Part shown: positions 27,776 to 35,332 of the stretch, in pieces | Layout of the letters: every line of letters starts with the position of its first letter | Numbering within the stretch: the stretch's first letter is position 1 | From: a virus | Lineage: Duplodnaviria > Caudoviricetes | DNA: 58,934 bases | IMG/VR virus record: IMGVR_UViG_3300044643_000090 | Coordinates: 1 to 58,934 of that record | Direction: 5' to 3' (one strand) | Translations under genes and position numbers: made by a program | The notes under the pieces: generated by a model | What the model was told of the DNA's origin: nothing | The model's database searches: none | The model's input: only the letters and a program-made list of their open reading frames with translations

Positions 27776-27864
27776 GCATTTCGTTTCCCCTTTAGGGGAT
27801 GGCCAAGGTAATCTCGGACGGTCCGAGGATAGGTTCCCCTTTAGGGGAAAAGGAGAGAAAAACC

Positions 27865-27951
27865 ATGATCGAATTGAGCGTGATCCTGTTTGCCTTTGTG
27901 GTGGGTGCGTTGATCCTGATCTGTGCGCCGCAGGATGATGATGAGGTGTGA
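27865..27951 (+). CDS. 28-aa membrane peptide (MIELSVILFAFVVGALILICAPQDDDEV)
   Basis: AAGGAG RBS, single hydrophobic helix. Confidence 0.5.
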   Translation: MIELSVILFAFVVGALILICAPQDDDEV

Positions 27952-28206
27952 TGTGTGGCATGAGCGTGACCACAAGCCCGACAGGGTGAGCAAGCGTAAG
28001 CGTATGGCGCAACGTGCGGACAAGTGGTGGCGCAGCGTGTGGCATGTGCAGATGTGTATGTCCCCGCATGGGTGCAACGATGTGGACCTAGGTTCTGCCA
28101 AACCATTGACAGTCGATGTGGGCCGTGCTTTTCTAAAGGCTCAGTCACCGCAACAAACCAAATCTAATCTCGGACGGTCCGAGGATACAAACGATGGAGA
28201 TACACG

Positions 28207-28416
28207 ATGACGATGATTGCATACTACCCGAGCAAGAAAGAACTCAAGGCATGTGTGGGTAAGCCTCTGCGCTACGTAGAGACGAGCATGTTTGGTCCTG
28301 AGTATGTGGACAACGGCACCATTGTGGTGGCCAATCGTCCTCACATCACGGGGATGGGGCGTGAGTTCTTCGCTGAGGTGAAGATGAAGGATGGCCTGAT
28401 TGTGGGGGTGAAGTGA
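28207..28416 (+). CDS. Early hypothetical protein
   Basis: GGAG RBS; YPSKKELK..VG..L.Y.ETSMFG.EY. Confidence 0.75.
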   Translation: MTMIAYYPSKKELKACVGKPLRYVETSMFGPEYVDNGTIVVANRPHITGMGREFFAEVKMKDGLIVGVK

Positions 28417-28417
28417 G

Positions 28418-28849
28418 ATGGAATACCTGAGCGAGACGTGTCCGATCTATTCCCGTGAGGTGTCACCCGGAATGACGTATGAGCGCCAGCACAATGAGGT
28501 GGAGTGGGACGATTACTACGAGTGCTACACGGGTCTCGACGTGAAGGGCAGGTTTGAAAAGACGAGTGAGCGCCCTGCACTCTGGTGGTGTGTCGCTGTG
28601 TATACCAGTGACCGTGCCTATGGTGGACCCGAGGAGGGTGGCTGGTGGTATAACTGTGGTGGCCTAGTCGAACACGCCAAGATCAAGTTCTTCGACAAGT
28701 ATCAGGATGCCTACGACTACACGCAAGAGTTGTGGGGCTACTGCATGGAAGAGAACAAGGACAGGGGCGACGAGAAGCTGGTGGTCCGTGCCTTCACTGA
28801 GCAACTGCCTGACACGCACTACCCCAAGACGCGACCCTTCTACTCGTAG
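28418..28849 (+). CDS. Early hypothetical protein
   Basis: VY..DRAYGGPEEGGWWY..G motif. Confidence 0.75.
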   Translation: MEYLSETCPIYSREVSPGMTYERQHNEVEWDDYYECYTGLDVKGRFEKTSERPALWWCVAVYTSDRAYGGPEEGGWWYNCGGLVEHAKIKFFDKYQDAYDYTQELWGYCMEENKDRGDEKLVVRAFTEQLPDTHYPKTRPFYS

Positions 28850-28920
28850 CGCAGCGAGAACCTTCTACTCGTAACTGAAATCTAATATCGGACGGTCCGA
28901 GATTAACCCAAAGGAGAAAC

Positions 28921-29187
28921 ATGATGACGTGGACTACGTGGACTATCACTAACGCCAATGTTGCCAAGAGCTACACCTGCATCACGTGGGAGAGGGAGTG
29001 TGGGGGTGTGAAGCAGACACTCACAATCATGGCATGGAAAGAGGACATGACCCTCTTGGGCCGCTCTGTGTGGGAGCAGGTGACTGTGGAGAAAAGCATC
29101 TCCGGCCATGCTCGTGAGTACATTGACACTGACGACGAAGTCACCCACCACTTCAACAAAACCATGTTCCTAGGAGACGCAGCATGA
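28921..29187 (+). CDS. Early hypothetical protein
   Basis: AAGGAG RBS after motif A copy 4. Confidence 0.65.
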   Translation: MMTWTTWTITNANVAKSYTCITWERECGGVKQTLTIMAWKEDMTLLGRSVWEQVTVEKSISGHAREYIDTDDEVTHHFNKTMFLGDAA

Positions 29188-29504
29188 TCTTTATCCGCAC
29201 CTCAATCCTGTCTGGTATCACTCGCACTAAGGAGTTTGATGTGACCGAAGAACAATACAATGCGTGGAAGTATGGCGCTCTGATCCAGAACGTGATGCCC
29301 CACCTGAGTGATGATGACCGGGAGTTCCTGATCTCAGGTGCCACCGCAGAAGAGTGGGAGGCTTTCAATGAGGAGGCTGACTACTCTAGCTACGACGACG
29401 AGGTGGAGGATGACTACGAATACCTGACACCACGCGAGAAGGAGACGAATGACCGTCTTGACATGGGCCGCAACGATGCTGGCGAATACTTGGGGTATAT
29501 GTGA
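29184..29504 (+). CDS. Early hypothetical protein with acidic tail
   Basis: LIQN..P.LS.D.REFLISG pattern; GGAG RBS. Confidence 0.7.
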   Translation: MIFIRTSILSGITRTKEFDVTEEQYNAWKYGALIQNVMPHLSDDDREFLISGATAEEWEAFNEEADYSSYDDEVEDDYEYLTPREKETNDRLDMGRNDAGEYLGYM

Positions 29505-29505
29505 C

Positions 29506-29700
29506 ATGAAATACCACGTGATCCTGACTGACGAGTGTGGTGACGAGTTCTCTGTGGAGATTGAAGCCCGTGATCGTGATGATGCGTGGGACACTGTGCA
29601 GATGGACTACCCTGAGAGTGGGGTGGTGGCTGTGATGGAGTCCCGAGGCTACCGCACTGAGGCTAGAAACAGAACCTTCAATGAGATGTGGGAGAACTGA
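29506..29700 (+). CDS. Early hypothetical protein
   Basis: Start re-assigned to MKYHVILTDE. Confidence 0.6.
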   Translation: MKYHVILTDECGDEFSVEIEARDRDDAWDTVQMDYPESGVVAVMESRGYRTEARNRTFNEMWEN

Positions 29701-29701
29701 G

Positions 29702-29860
29702 ATGATCCGTGAACTGGAATACTTCGACACTGAGATTGAGGCTATCGCAGAGGGTGATCGCTGCAAGGCCCTGCTGTATGGGTATGGATACAGATACCGT
29801 GTATACTACGCTGATGGTGCATGGGTTCTGGATTCAGAACGCTACTCTTCCTGCGATTGA
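29702..29860 (+). CDS. Early hypothetical protein (52 aa)
   Basis: Hand-translated MIRELEYFD...; GGAG RBS. Confidence 0.55.
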   Translation: MIRELEYFDTEIEAIAEGDRCKALLYGYGYRYRVYYADGAWVLDSERYSSCD

Positions 29861-29871
29861 AAGGACACAGC

Positions 29872-30021
29872 ATGGCTGACGCAAGAGACTTCTTTATCAT
29901 CATGTGGATCGTGATGCAGGGTGCAAGCTGGATGATGCCTGATGCCTATGGCAACTTCAAAGCCTTGGAAGAGGTGGCATACATGGAAACCTTGGAGATT
30001 CTGGGGGTGTGGGATGAGTGA
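29872..30021 (+). CDS. Small hydrophobic early protein
   Basis: AAGGA RBS; MADARDFFIIMW. Confidence 0.5.
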   Translation: MADARDFFIIMWIVMQGASWMMPDAYGNFKALEEVAYMETLEILGVWDE

Positions 30022-30235
30022 GACAATAACCAAGCTGGATCGTTTCCTTGCCCGTGATCCCTACCTGTTCATGGAGATTGAGGGTTACAAACTCTGGGAA
30101 CACCCCACATACGGGGACACAGCACCCATCTACATGTCTACCCCCGGTGGTAGGCTCATCAACACAGGCTTCTACGATCTGGACGACTTCGATCTGGACC
30201 TCTGCGTAGAGCTTGACAGAGACGCCAAACACTGA
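30014..30235 (+). CDS. Early hypothetical protein
   Basis: MSETITKL...WEHPTYGD.AP. Confidence 0.6.
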   Translation: MSETITKLDRFLARDPYLFMEIEGYKLWEHPTYGDTAPIYMSTPGGRLINTGFYDLDDFDLDLCVELDRDAKH

Positions 30236-30277
30236 CACTTAATATCGGACGGTCCGAGAATAGAATGGAGAGACGCA

Positions 30278-30868
30278 ATGACTACCGAAGTTCGCAACAT
30301 CCTCAGGGTGTATCGCCAAGCAACCCTGCAGGAACATGATCGTGGCACCAAGTGGTATGCTGATGCCAAGGCACAGGCTCAGTCCATCGCCAACCTGCAT
30401 GATGTGCCACTGCGTATTGTGGTGGGTGTCATTGCTGCACTCTCTCCCAACAACAAGTGGGAACGCAACGTGATGGATGCCAGCAACATGATCGCTGTGT
30501 TCCTGCGTGGTGATCCTGTCGATGTGTGCAAGCCCTGCACCTACAGCAAGATGCGTGACAAGGCATGGTCAGTGATCGAACAGATGCCAGAGGATGATGA
30601 TGCAGTCATGCGTATCCTCAACGGCCAGAAGATTGTGTCATTCTTCTGCAACATCATGGGCCACGACAACTGCACCATTGATGGTCACGCATACAACATC
30701 GCCAAGGGCAAGCGTGTGACCCTGACTGACAACGAGACGGGCATGGGTAAGGCTGAGTATCAGAAGATGCAGGCTGCTTACTACCGTGCTGCTAAGCGTA
30801 TCGGGTTGAAGGTTTATGAACTGCAGGCTATCACTTGGGTAGTCTGGAAGCGCATCCACAACATCTGA
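30278..30868 (+). CDS. Conserved phage protein with HhH-GPD-glycosylase-like motif (DUF7178-like)
   Basis: G..WY..A, IAALSP...W..N, K..SF..NI, TIDGHA, LQAITW. Confidence 0.7.
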   Translation: MTTEVRNILRVYRQATLQEHDRGTKWYADAKAQAQSIANLHDVPLRIVVGVIAALSPNNKWERNVMDASNMIAVFLRGDPVDVCKPCTYSKMRDKAWSVIEQMPEDDDAVMRILNGQKIVSFFCNIMGHDNCTIDGHAYNIAKGKRVTLTDNETGMGKAEYQKMQAAYYRAAKRIGLKVYELQAITWVVWKRIHNI

Positions 30869-30882
30869 ACAGGAGCAACAAC

Positions 30883-31107
30883 ATGTTCATCATTCTCGCC
30901 GCAACCAAACCCCTGAATGATCGCACTCAGGGTTTCCGCTTCAACTTCTTCAACCAGAAGGGGCTGTATCGTAAGCGCAAGTTCAAGTCCCGCCCGCTGT
31001 CTGTCACCAAGGATGCCTGCATGGTGGGCATCCACTGGGGCAAGCGTTCCCTCTACCTTGAGCGTCACAACACTGGCACTCGTGCTCTCTTCCACTTTGC
31101 AGGATAG
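30883..31107 (+). CDS. Early hypothetical protein
   Basis: CAGGAG RBS; MFIILAATKPLND. Confidence 0.65.
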   Translation: MFIILAATKPLNDRTQGFRFNFFNQKGLYRKRKFKSRPLSVTKDACMVGIHWGKRSLYLERHNTGTRALFHFAG

Positions 31108-31111
31108 CCCA

Positions 31112-31240
31112 ATGAAAGCTGCACTCGAACTGAAACTGCTGGACATGTGTGAGAAACTCTTGCCCAAGACTACTGAACGTAGTAACCCTGAACTCAAGAA
31201 ACTCTTATCAGAGATCAGGAAAAGTTTGGAGGGAGCATGA
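31112..31240 (+). CDS. Small early protein (42 aa)
   Basis: AGGA RBS; coupled to next gene. Confidence 0.5.
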   Translation: MKAALELKLLDMCEKLLPKTTERSNPELKKLLSEIRKSLEGA

Positions 31241-31626
31241 TACCAGAGGATACGCCTGCCGGGATGGACAACTGTGGCATTGTCTCTGTCGCCACTCTGG
31301 CAGGCATACCATACCGAGATGCTGAGAGGGTGTTCATCCTCCTGCATAAGAGACGAGACTTCACGAGTGTGTGGGAGAGGCTTGATGCCTTTGCTCACTT
31401 GGGCATGAGGGTGCGTGAAGAGATGCACTACCGCAGCCCCAAGCCCACACTCAGGAAGTGGCTGACCACCACGTATGACCCTGCCCACAACTACAGTGTG
31501 ACGATCACAGGCCACGTGCTCACCATCAAGGATGGTCTTGTGCTGGATCAGGTGTATCGCATAGGCATACCAACTGCACAATCACCCTACAAAAGGAAGC
31601 GTGTGCAGTCACACATCAAACTCTGA
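31237..31626 (+). CDS. Small papain-fold/C39-like peptidase candidate
   Basis: DNCGIVSVA, TGHVLTI, VLD ordered Cys-His-Asp. Confidence 0.5.
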   Translation: MIPEDTPAGMDNCGIVSVATLAGIPYRDAERVFILLHKRRDFTSVWERLDAFAHLGMRVREEMHYRSPKPTLRKWLTTTYDPAHNYSVTITGHVLTIKDGLVLDQVYRIGIPTAQSPYKRKRVQSHIKL

Positions 31627-31635
31627 GGAGACAGC

Positions 31636-31797
31636 ATGGACTCATTCATCAAACACGCAGGGCTGATCTGGCAGCAGGACGGATGCACTGTGGACCAAGC
31701 AAGGTTCAAGGCATGGTGCGAGGGGCCAGAGGGCTACAAGAAACGACTAGAAGCACAGAAAGAAAACCTATCTCAAGTCGAGGAGACTGACGAATGA
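31636..31797 (+). CDS. Early hypothetical protein (53 aa)
   Basis: GAGGAG RBS; hand-translated. Confidence 0.55.
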   Translation: MDSFIKHAGLIWQQDGCTVDQARFKAWCEGPEGYKKRLEAQKENLSQVEETDE

Positions 31798-32147
31798 CCG
31801 CTAATGAAACACGTTTCTTTACTTACGGCCAGAACAACTCTGGTGGTGTATTCGATCTGACAGATGATGTGACCCACTGGGTTATCATTGAGGCGGAAGA
31901 TGCAGCCGAAGCCAATGCCAAACTTGAGCATCTTGGTGGCTACTTCGATGGTTGTGAGGCTGACATTGATTGTTCCTGCTGTGGTGATCGTTGGTATGCC
32001 CAGATGGATGAAGACGCAGGGGAGCCAGAGCCTATGATCTACGGGCATACACCCTCTGAGTATGTGACAGACAGACCTTTCATGTGGATGCCAGAGGGCA
32101 AAGAGGTTGTCGTTCACTACGCTGATGGTCGGAAGGAGTGGTTCTGA
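31794..32147 (+). CDS. Conserved phage protein with QNNSGG and DCSCCGDRW motifs
   Basis: Motifs in translation; GAGGAG RBS. Confidence 0.75.
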   Translation: MTANETRFFTYGQNNSGGVFDLTDDVTHWVIIEAEDAAEANAKLEHLGGYFDGCEADIDCSCCGDRWYAQMDEDAGEPEPMIYGHTPSEYVTDRPFMWMPEGKEVVVHYADGRKEWF

Positions 32148-32218
32148 TGAACACCTGCCCACCCTGTAACAACAACTGCAACCAAGGCCGTGACTGCCCA
32201 AAGAGGAAGCCGAAATGA
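32147..32218 (+). CDS. Cys-rich micro-ORF (MNTCPPCNNNCNQGRDCPKRKPK)
   Basis: AAGGAG RBS, overlaps both neighbours. Confidence 0.45.
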   Translation: MNTCPPCNNNCNQGRDCPKRKPK

Positions 32219-32403
32219 GTGAGCCTTCACATGACGCACAGCAAGTTTGCATCCATCTCAAGTGGGGGTGGCTCCCTGTCGTGATGGTGCGGAAGTCGTA
32301 CCCAGAGGATCGATACAGTTGGGTGTGGGGGAGATGGCGCATGGCGAGGCTTGGTGAAGTTGTACATCTGAACTCGCTGTTGATGAAGACATGGAGAGAC
32401 TGA
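32215..32403 (+). CDS. Early hypothetical protein
   Basis: 62-aa ORF, GAGG RBS. Confidence 0.5.
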   Translation: MSEPSHDAQQVCIHLKWGWLPVVMVRKSYPEDRYSWVWGRWRMARLGEVVHLNSLLMKTWRD

Positions 32404-32404
32404 C

Positions 32405-33004
32405 ATGACTGACGAAGAACTGGTGAAGCGGCTGCGGGAGTGGGATCATTGCTGGCCAGCGCGATGGCTTGAAAGTGCTGTTGCTGAAGCCGCCGACCGC
32501 ATTGACGAACTCGAAGTCAGTCTTCAAGCAGTGCTGGACCGTGAAGCTGAAACCACCGCCCGGTATGACGCGAAGCTGGAAACCCTGACCGAGCAACTCG
32601 AAGCCGCCCGTGCTGACGCCAAGGAGGCCGAGGGTTATGCGGAGGGGCTGGAACGTGACCTCAAGACCTGCTGCATGGAGCAGGGTGTGATGGATAACAC
32701 CGTTGCTGAGTTGGAGAAGCAGTGCGAAGGCTTGATGCAGGCCGGAATGAACAATGGTCAGGCGCTTATTCTTGCCGAGGCCAAGCTGGCGAAGGCGGTG
32801 GAGGCGGTAAGTTTGACTGTTAGAGCCGACAACTTGCGAGAAGCCTACCACGCACTGCCTAACGATCATAACCGCATCGGGGACAAGAGATCGCGCAAGG
32901 GCCATGCGCGTGAAGCGTGGCTGCGTGCCTTTAGAAAAGCAGCGAAAACATCACGCGCCGTGCTGGCCGAGATTGAGGGTTTAGGTGTTAAACAAACTGG
33001 TTGA
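32405..33004 (+). CDS. Mosaic coiled-coil protein
   Basis: ELVKRLR..., EAADRI.ELE, LAKAVEA, RAVLAE linkers. Confidence 0.7.
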   Translation: MTDEELVKRLREWDHCWPARWLESAVAEAADRIDELEVSLQAVLDREAETTARYDAKLETLTEQLEAARADAKEAEGYAEGLERDLKTCCMEQGVMDNTVAELEKQCEGLMQAGMNNGQALILAEAKLAKAVEAVSLTVRADNLREAYHALPNDHNRIGDKRSRKGHAREAWLRAFRKAAKTSRAVLAEIEGLGVKQTG

Positions 33005-33030
33005 CACTGTTAACCAATAGGGTGTAGAGT
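33001..33030 (+). promoter_or_regulatory. Putative promoter TTGACA-N18-TAGAGT for tRNA pair
   Basis: Ends 9 nt before tRNA-Arg. Confidence 0.5.
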
Positions 33031-33039
33031 GTAGAGATA

Positions 33040-33116
33040 CTACCCGTAGCTCAGTTGGAGAGAGCAAGTGCCTTCTAAGCACTGGGTCGGGCGTTCGAGT
33101 CGCTCCGGGTAGGCCA
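33040..33116 (+). tRNA. tRNA-Arg (TCT)
   Basis: Acceptor CTACCCG/CGGGTAG, anticodon arm AGTGC-CTTCTAA-GCACT, TTCGAGT T-loop, encoded CCA. Confidence 0.93.
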
Positions 33117-33117
33117 T

Positions 33118-33193
33118 GCTGGTGTAGCTCAGTTGGTAGAGCAGTTGCCTTGTAAGCATCAGGCCGGGGGTTCGAGTCCCTCCACCAGCACCA
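33118..33193 (+). tRNA. tRNA-Thr (TGT)
   Basis: Acceptor GCTGGTG/CACCAGC, loop CTTGTAA, TTCGAGT, encoded CCA. Confidence 0.93.
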
Positions 33194-33209
33194 TTTCACA
33201 GGGTTTTCA

Positions 33210-33392
33210 ATGGGTTATGAACCAGACGATTGGGACTACATACTGTCCACAGTGTGTAATGCCTACTTCTCAGACTTGAGGTTCGAGGAACTGGTTGATT
33301 GTGTTATGCTATCCTCGAACAAGGAAGAACTTGACGCCGCTGTAACAGCAACCATCAGACTATGGGAGATAGTCAACCATGAAGAGCAATAG
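33210..33392 (+). CDS. Hypothetical protein
   Basis: 60-aa acidic ORF before rIIA. Confidence 0.55.
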   Translation: MGYEPDDWDYILSTVCNAYFSDLRFEELVDCVMLSSNKEELDAAVTATIRLWEIVNHEEQ

Positions 33393-35328
33393 CACACTGC
33401 GTGTCGTAGAGACCAACAGCCAGACGACCAAGGACTTCACCATCCAAGCATCAGGCAAGATGTTCCACATGGTGATCTCTGGCCTCTACTCAGACAAGCC
33501 CAAGTCCATCACCCGTGAAATCTGGTCCAATGCCTTTGATGCACACGCTATGGTGGGCAAGGAGACTGTCCCATTCGAGGTGACTTTCCCTACTGCCATC
33601 ACACCCACCTTCACCTGTCGTGACTTCGGGCCGGGGATTGCACACGATGACATGGAGGGTTTCTACACTGTGCTGGGTCACTCCACCAAGGAGAATACCA
33701 ACAAGGCTGTAGGTAAGTGGGGCGTTGGGCGTATGTCCCCCATGTCTTACACTGATACCTTCTCTGTCGTTTCCCGTCACAAGGGCAGGGTCAGCTACTA
33801 TGCGGTTCAACTCGGTCCTGACGGATCGCCACAACTCCATGTCCTCGCTGAGCCTCAACCCACCAACGATCCTGATGGTCTTGAGGTATCCTTCCCTGTG
33901 AAGCGTCAGGACATTCAACAGTTCCAGACCGCAGCCAATGTTATCTCTGTGGGCTTCGATGCTCCACCTCTTGTCACCAACTCCAAGGAGAAGTCTTTCA
34001 GCCCCCTCAAGAAGCTGTACGAGGGTAAGGACTACTACCTGTACGAACATGAGTCGATGTCTGGTGCCTTTGCTCAGATGGGCTGTGTCCTCTACCCTAT
34101 TCCATACGAGTACCTCCCAAAGACCTCGTGGTCCTCACGCTGCATCGTCTACAAGTTTGACATTGGTGATCTGGAAGTCACTGCATCCCGTGAAGCCCTG
34201 TCCTTCGGTCCCAATGATCCTACTGCTGGCAGCATCAGGGCCAAGACTGAGGTAGTTGAACAGCAACTGTTTGATGCACTACAGGCTGAGGTTGACGCAC
34301 AGCCCAAGCTGTTCCTTGCAGCCAAGCTGGCACCCAGACTGCATAGGTTCATTCGTAGTGGTGAGTTCAAGTGGAAGGGTATGCAAATCCCGAAGGTGTG
34401 GAACCTTGCGAAATACCAGAAGGTCTCACTGCACTGTGGCTACAAGGGCTACCGTCAGAAGACTGCGGGGTTTGGTATTGACAGAGACCTGAGTGTGACC
34501 GAGGACCACACCATCTTTATTCAGGACATATCAGACAAGAAGGGCTGTGCTCGTGCTGCAACACGTATCTGTAGTGCTATTGACAGCTACAAGTACTACG
34601 TCTGGGTCAGGGCTGATCTGACAGACAAAGAACAGAAGGCCGAGGTTGATGCCCTGATTGCAGAGCTTGACTTCCCTGTGCTGTATGTGAAGGACTTGCA
34701 GGATGATGGCCCCAAGCAGTCTGGTCCTCGTGCAAAGGTCATGGTGTATCGCCTAACCCACAACGACAAGGAGAAGTGGGACATGGAGGATGCTACCTTC
34801 CAAGCTGGTGGCTACTACGTTCCCATGACCAACAATGATTACCCCCGCATGTTGCACAGGGTTATCCCCTTCATCAAAGAGAAGTTTAGCATCACAGACA
34901 TCGTGATGGTGCCTAAGACCCTCTGGAATAAGTTTGAAGGTAACAGCGAGTGGAAGCTGCTAGAGCCTGCACTGAAAGAGGCTGTCATTAAGGAGGAAGC
35001 CAATGCCCGCCTCGCACTGGGTAAGCAGTACAACATCTACCCCATGAACCACTTCGGTGTACTTGAACTTGCTGGTGGCCCTGTGGGAGAGTTTGCCAAG
35101 AAGGTGAATAACCCTGCCCCCAACACCTACAGGGGTATTGACAAGTCCTCTTGGAATGCTGTACTGGGTAGCTACGGAAAAGATGAGATTGGCAACTCGG
35201 TGGCTGAGAGTGAGCATAAAGCTATCCTTACCAAGTACCCACTGTTGAAGATTTTTCTTGATAACCGTAGGTTGGTTCCAGAGTTCATCCAGTACATCCA
35301 ACTGATCGACAACGCAGCAAAGGAGTAA
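33379..35328 (+). CDS. rIIA: RIIA-like protein (N-terminal GHKL ATPase)
   Basis: LYSDK...REI.SNA.DAH, DFGPGI, STK, G.WGVG..SP.SYTD.F, ASREAL. Confidence 0.88.
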   Translation: MKSNSTLRVVETNSQTTKDFTIQASGKMFHMVISGLYSDKPKSITREIWSNAFDAHAMVGKETVPFEVTFPTAITPTFTCRDFGPGIAHDDMEGFYTVLGHSTKENTNKAVGKWGVGRMSPMSYTDTFSVVSRHKGRVSYYAVQLGPDGSPQLHVLAEPQPTNDPDGLEVSFPVKRQDIQQFQTAANVISVGFDAPPLVTNSKEKSFSPLKKLYEGKDYYLYEHESMSGAFAQMGCVLYPIPYEYLPKTSWSSRCIVYKFDIGDLEVTASREALSFGPNDPTAGSIRAKTEVVEQQLFDALQAEVDAQPKLFLAAKLAPRLHRFIRSGEFKWKGMQIPKVWNLAKYQKVSLHCGYKGYRQKTAGFGIDRDLSVTEDHTIFIQDISDKKGCARAATRICSAIDSYKYYVWVRADLTDKEQKAEVDALIAELDFPVLYVKDLQDDGPKQSGPRAKVMVYRLTHNDKEKWDMEDATFQAGGYYVPMTNNDYPRMLHRVIPFIKEKFSITDIVMVPKTLWNKFEGNSEWKLLEPALKEAVIKEEANARLALGKQYNIYPMNHFGVLELAGGPVGEFAKKVNNPAPNTYRGIDKSSWNAVLGSYGKDEIGNSVAESEHKAILTKYPLLKIFLDNRRLVPEFIQYIQLIDNAAKE

Positions 35329-35332
35329 CCCC

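Larger units (their letters stand above)
26966..27849. repeat. Palindromic motif B, CCCTWWAGGG (26966-26981, 27104-27115, 27555-27570, 27786-27799, 27834-27849)
   Basis: Five copies with self-complementary flanks read directly. Confidence 0.8.
26989..30257. repeat. Palindromic motif A, TCGGAC-S-GTCCGA (cores 26989-27001, 27814-27826, 28170-28182, 28888-28900, 30245-30257)
   Basis: Five copies with identical arms and conserved TAATM / GRWTA flanks. Confidence 0.92.

Noticed and set aside
27923-28210. 95-aa ORF running through motif A copy 3
   Set aside because: No convincing RBS, overlaps a TTGACA and the palindrome; not called, though a shorter real ORF cannot be excluded
26990-30256. Each motif A copy contains CGGWCCG (RsrII site)
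   Set aside because: Follows automatically from the palindrome; conserved flanks extend well beyond 7 bp, so restriction-site explanation is insufficient
26989-30257. Motif A as a CRISPR array
   Set aside because: Spacing is 350-1350 nt and contains genes; the only Cas4-like protein sits in the replication cluster as a normal phage exonuclease
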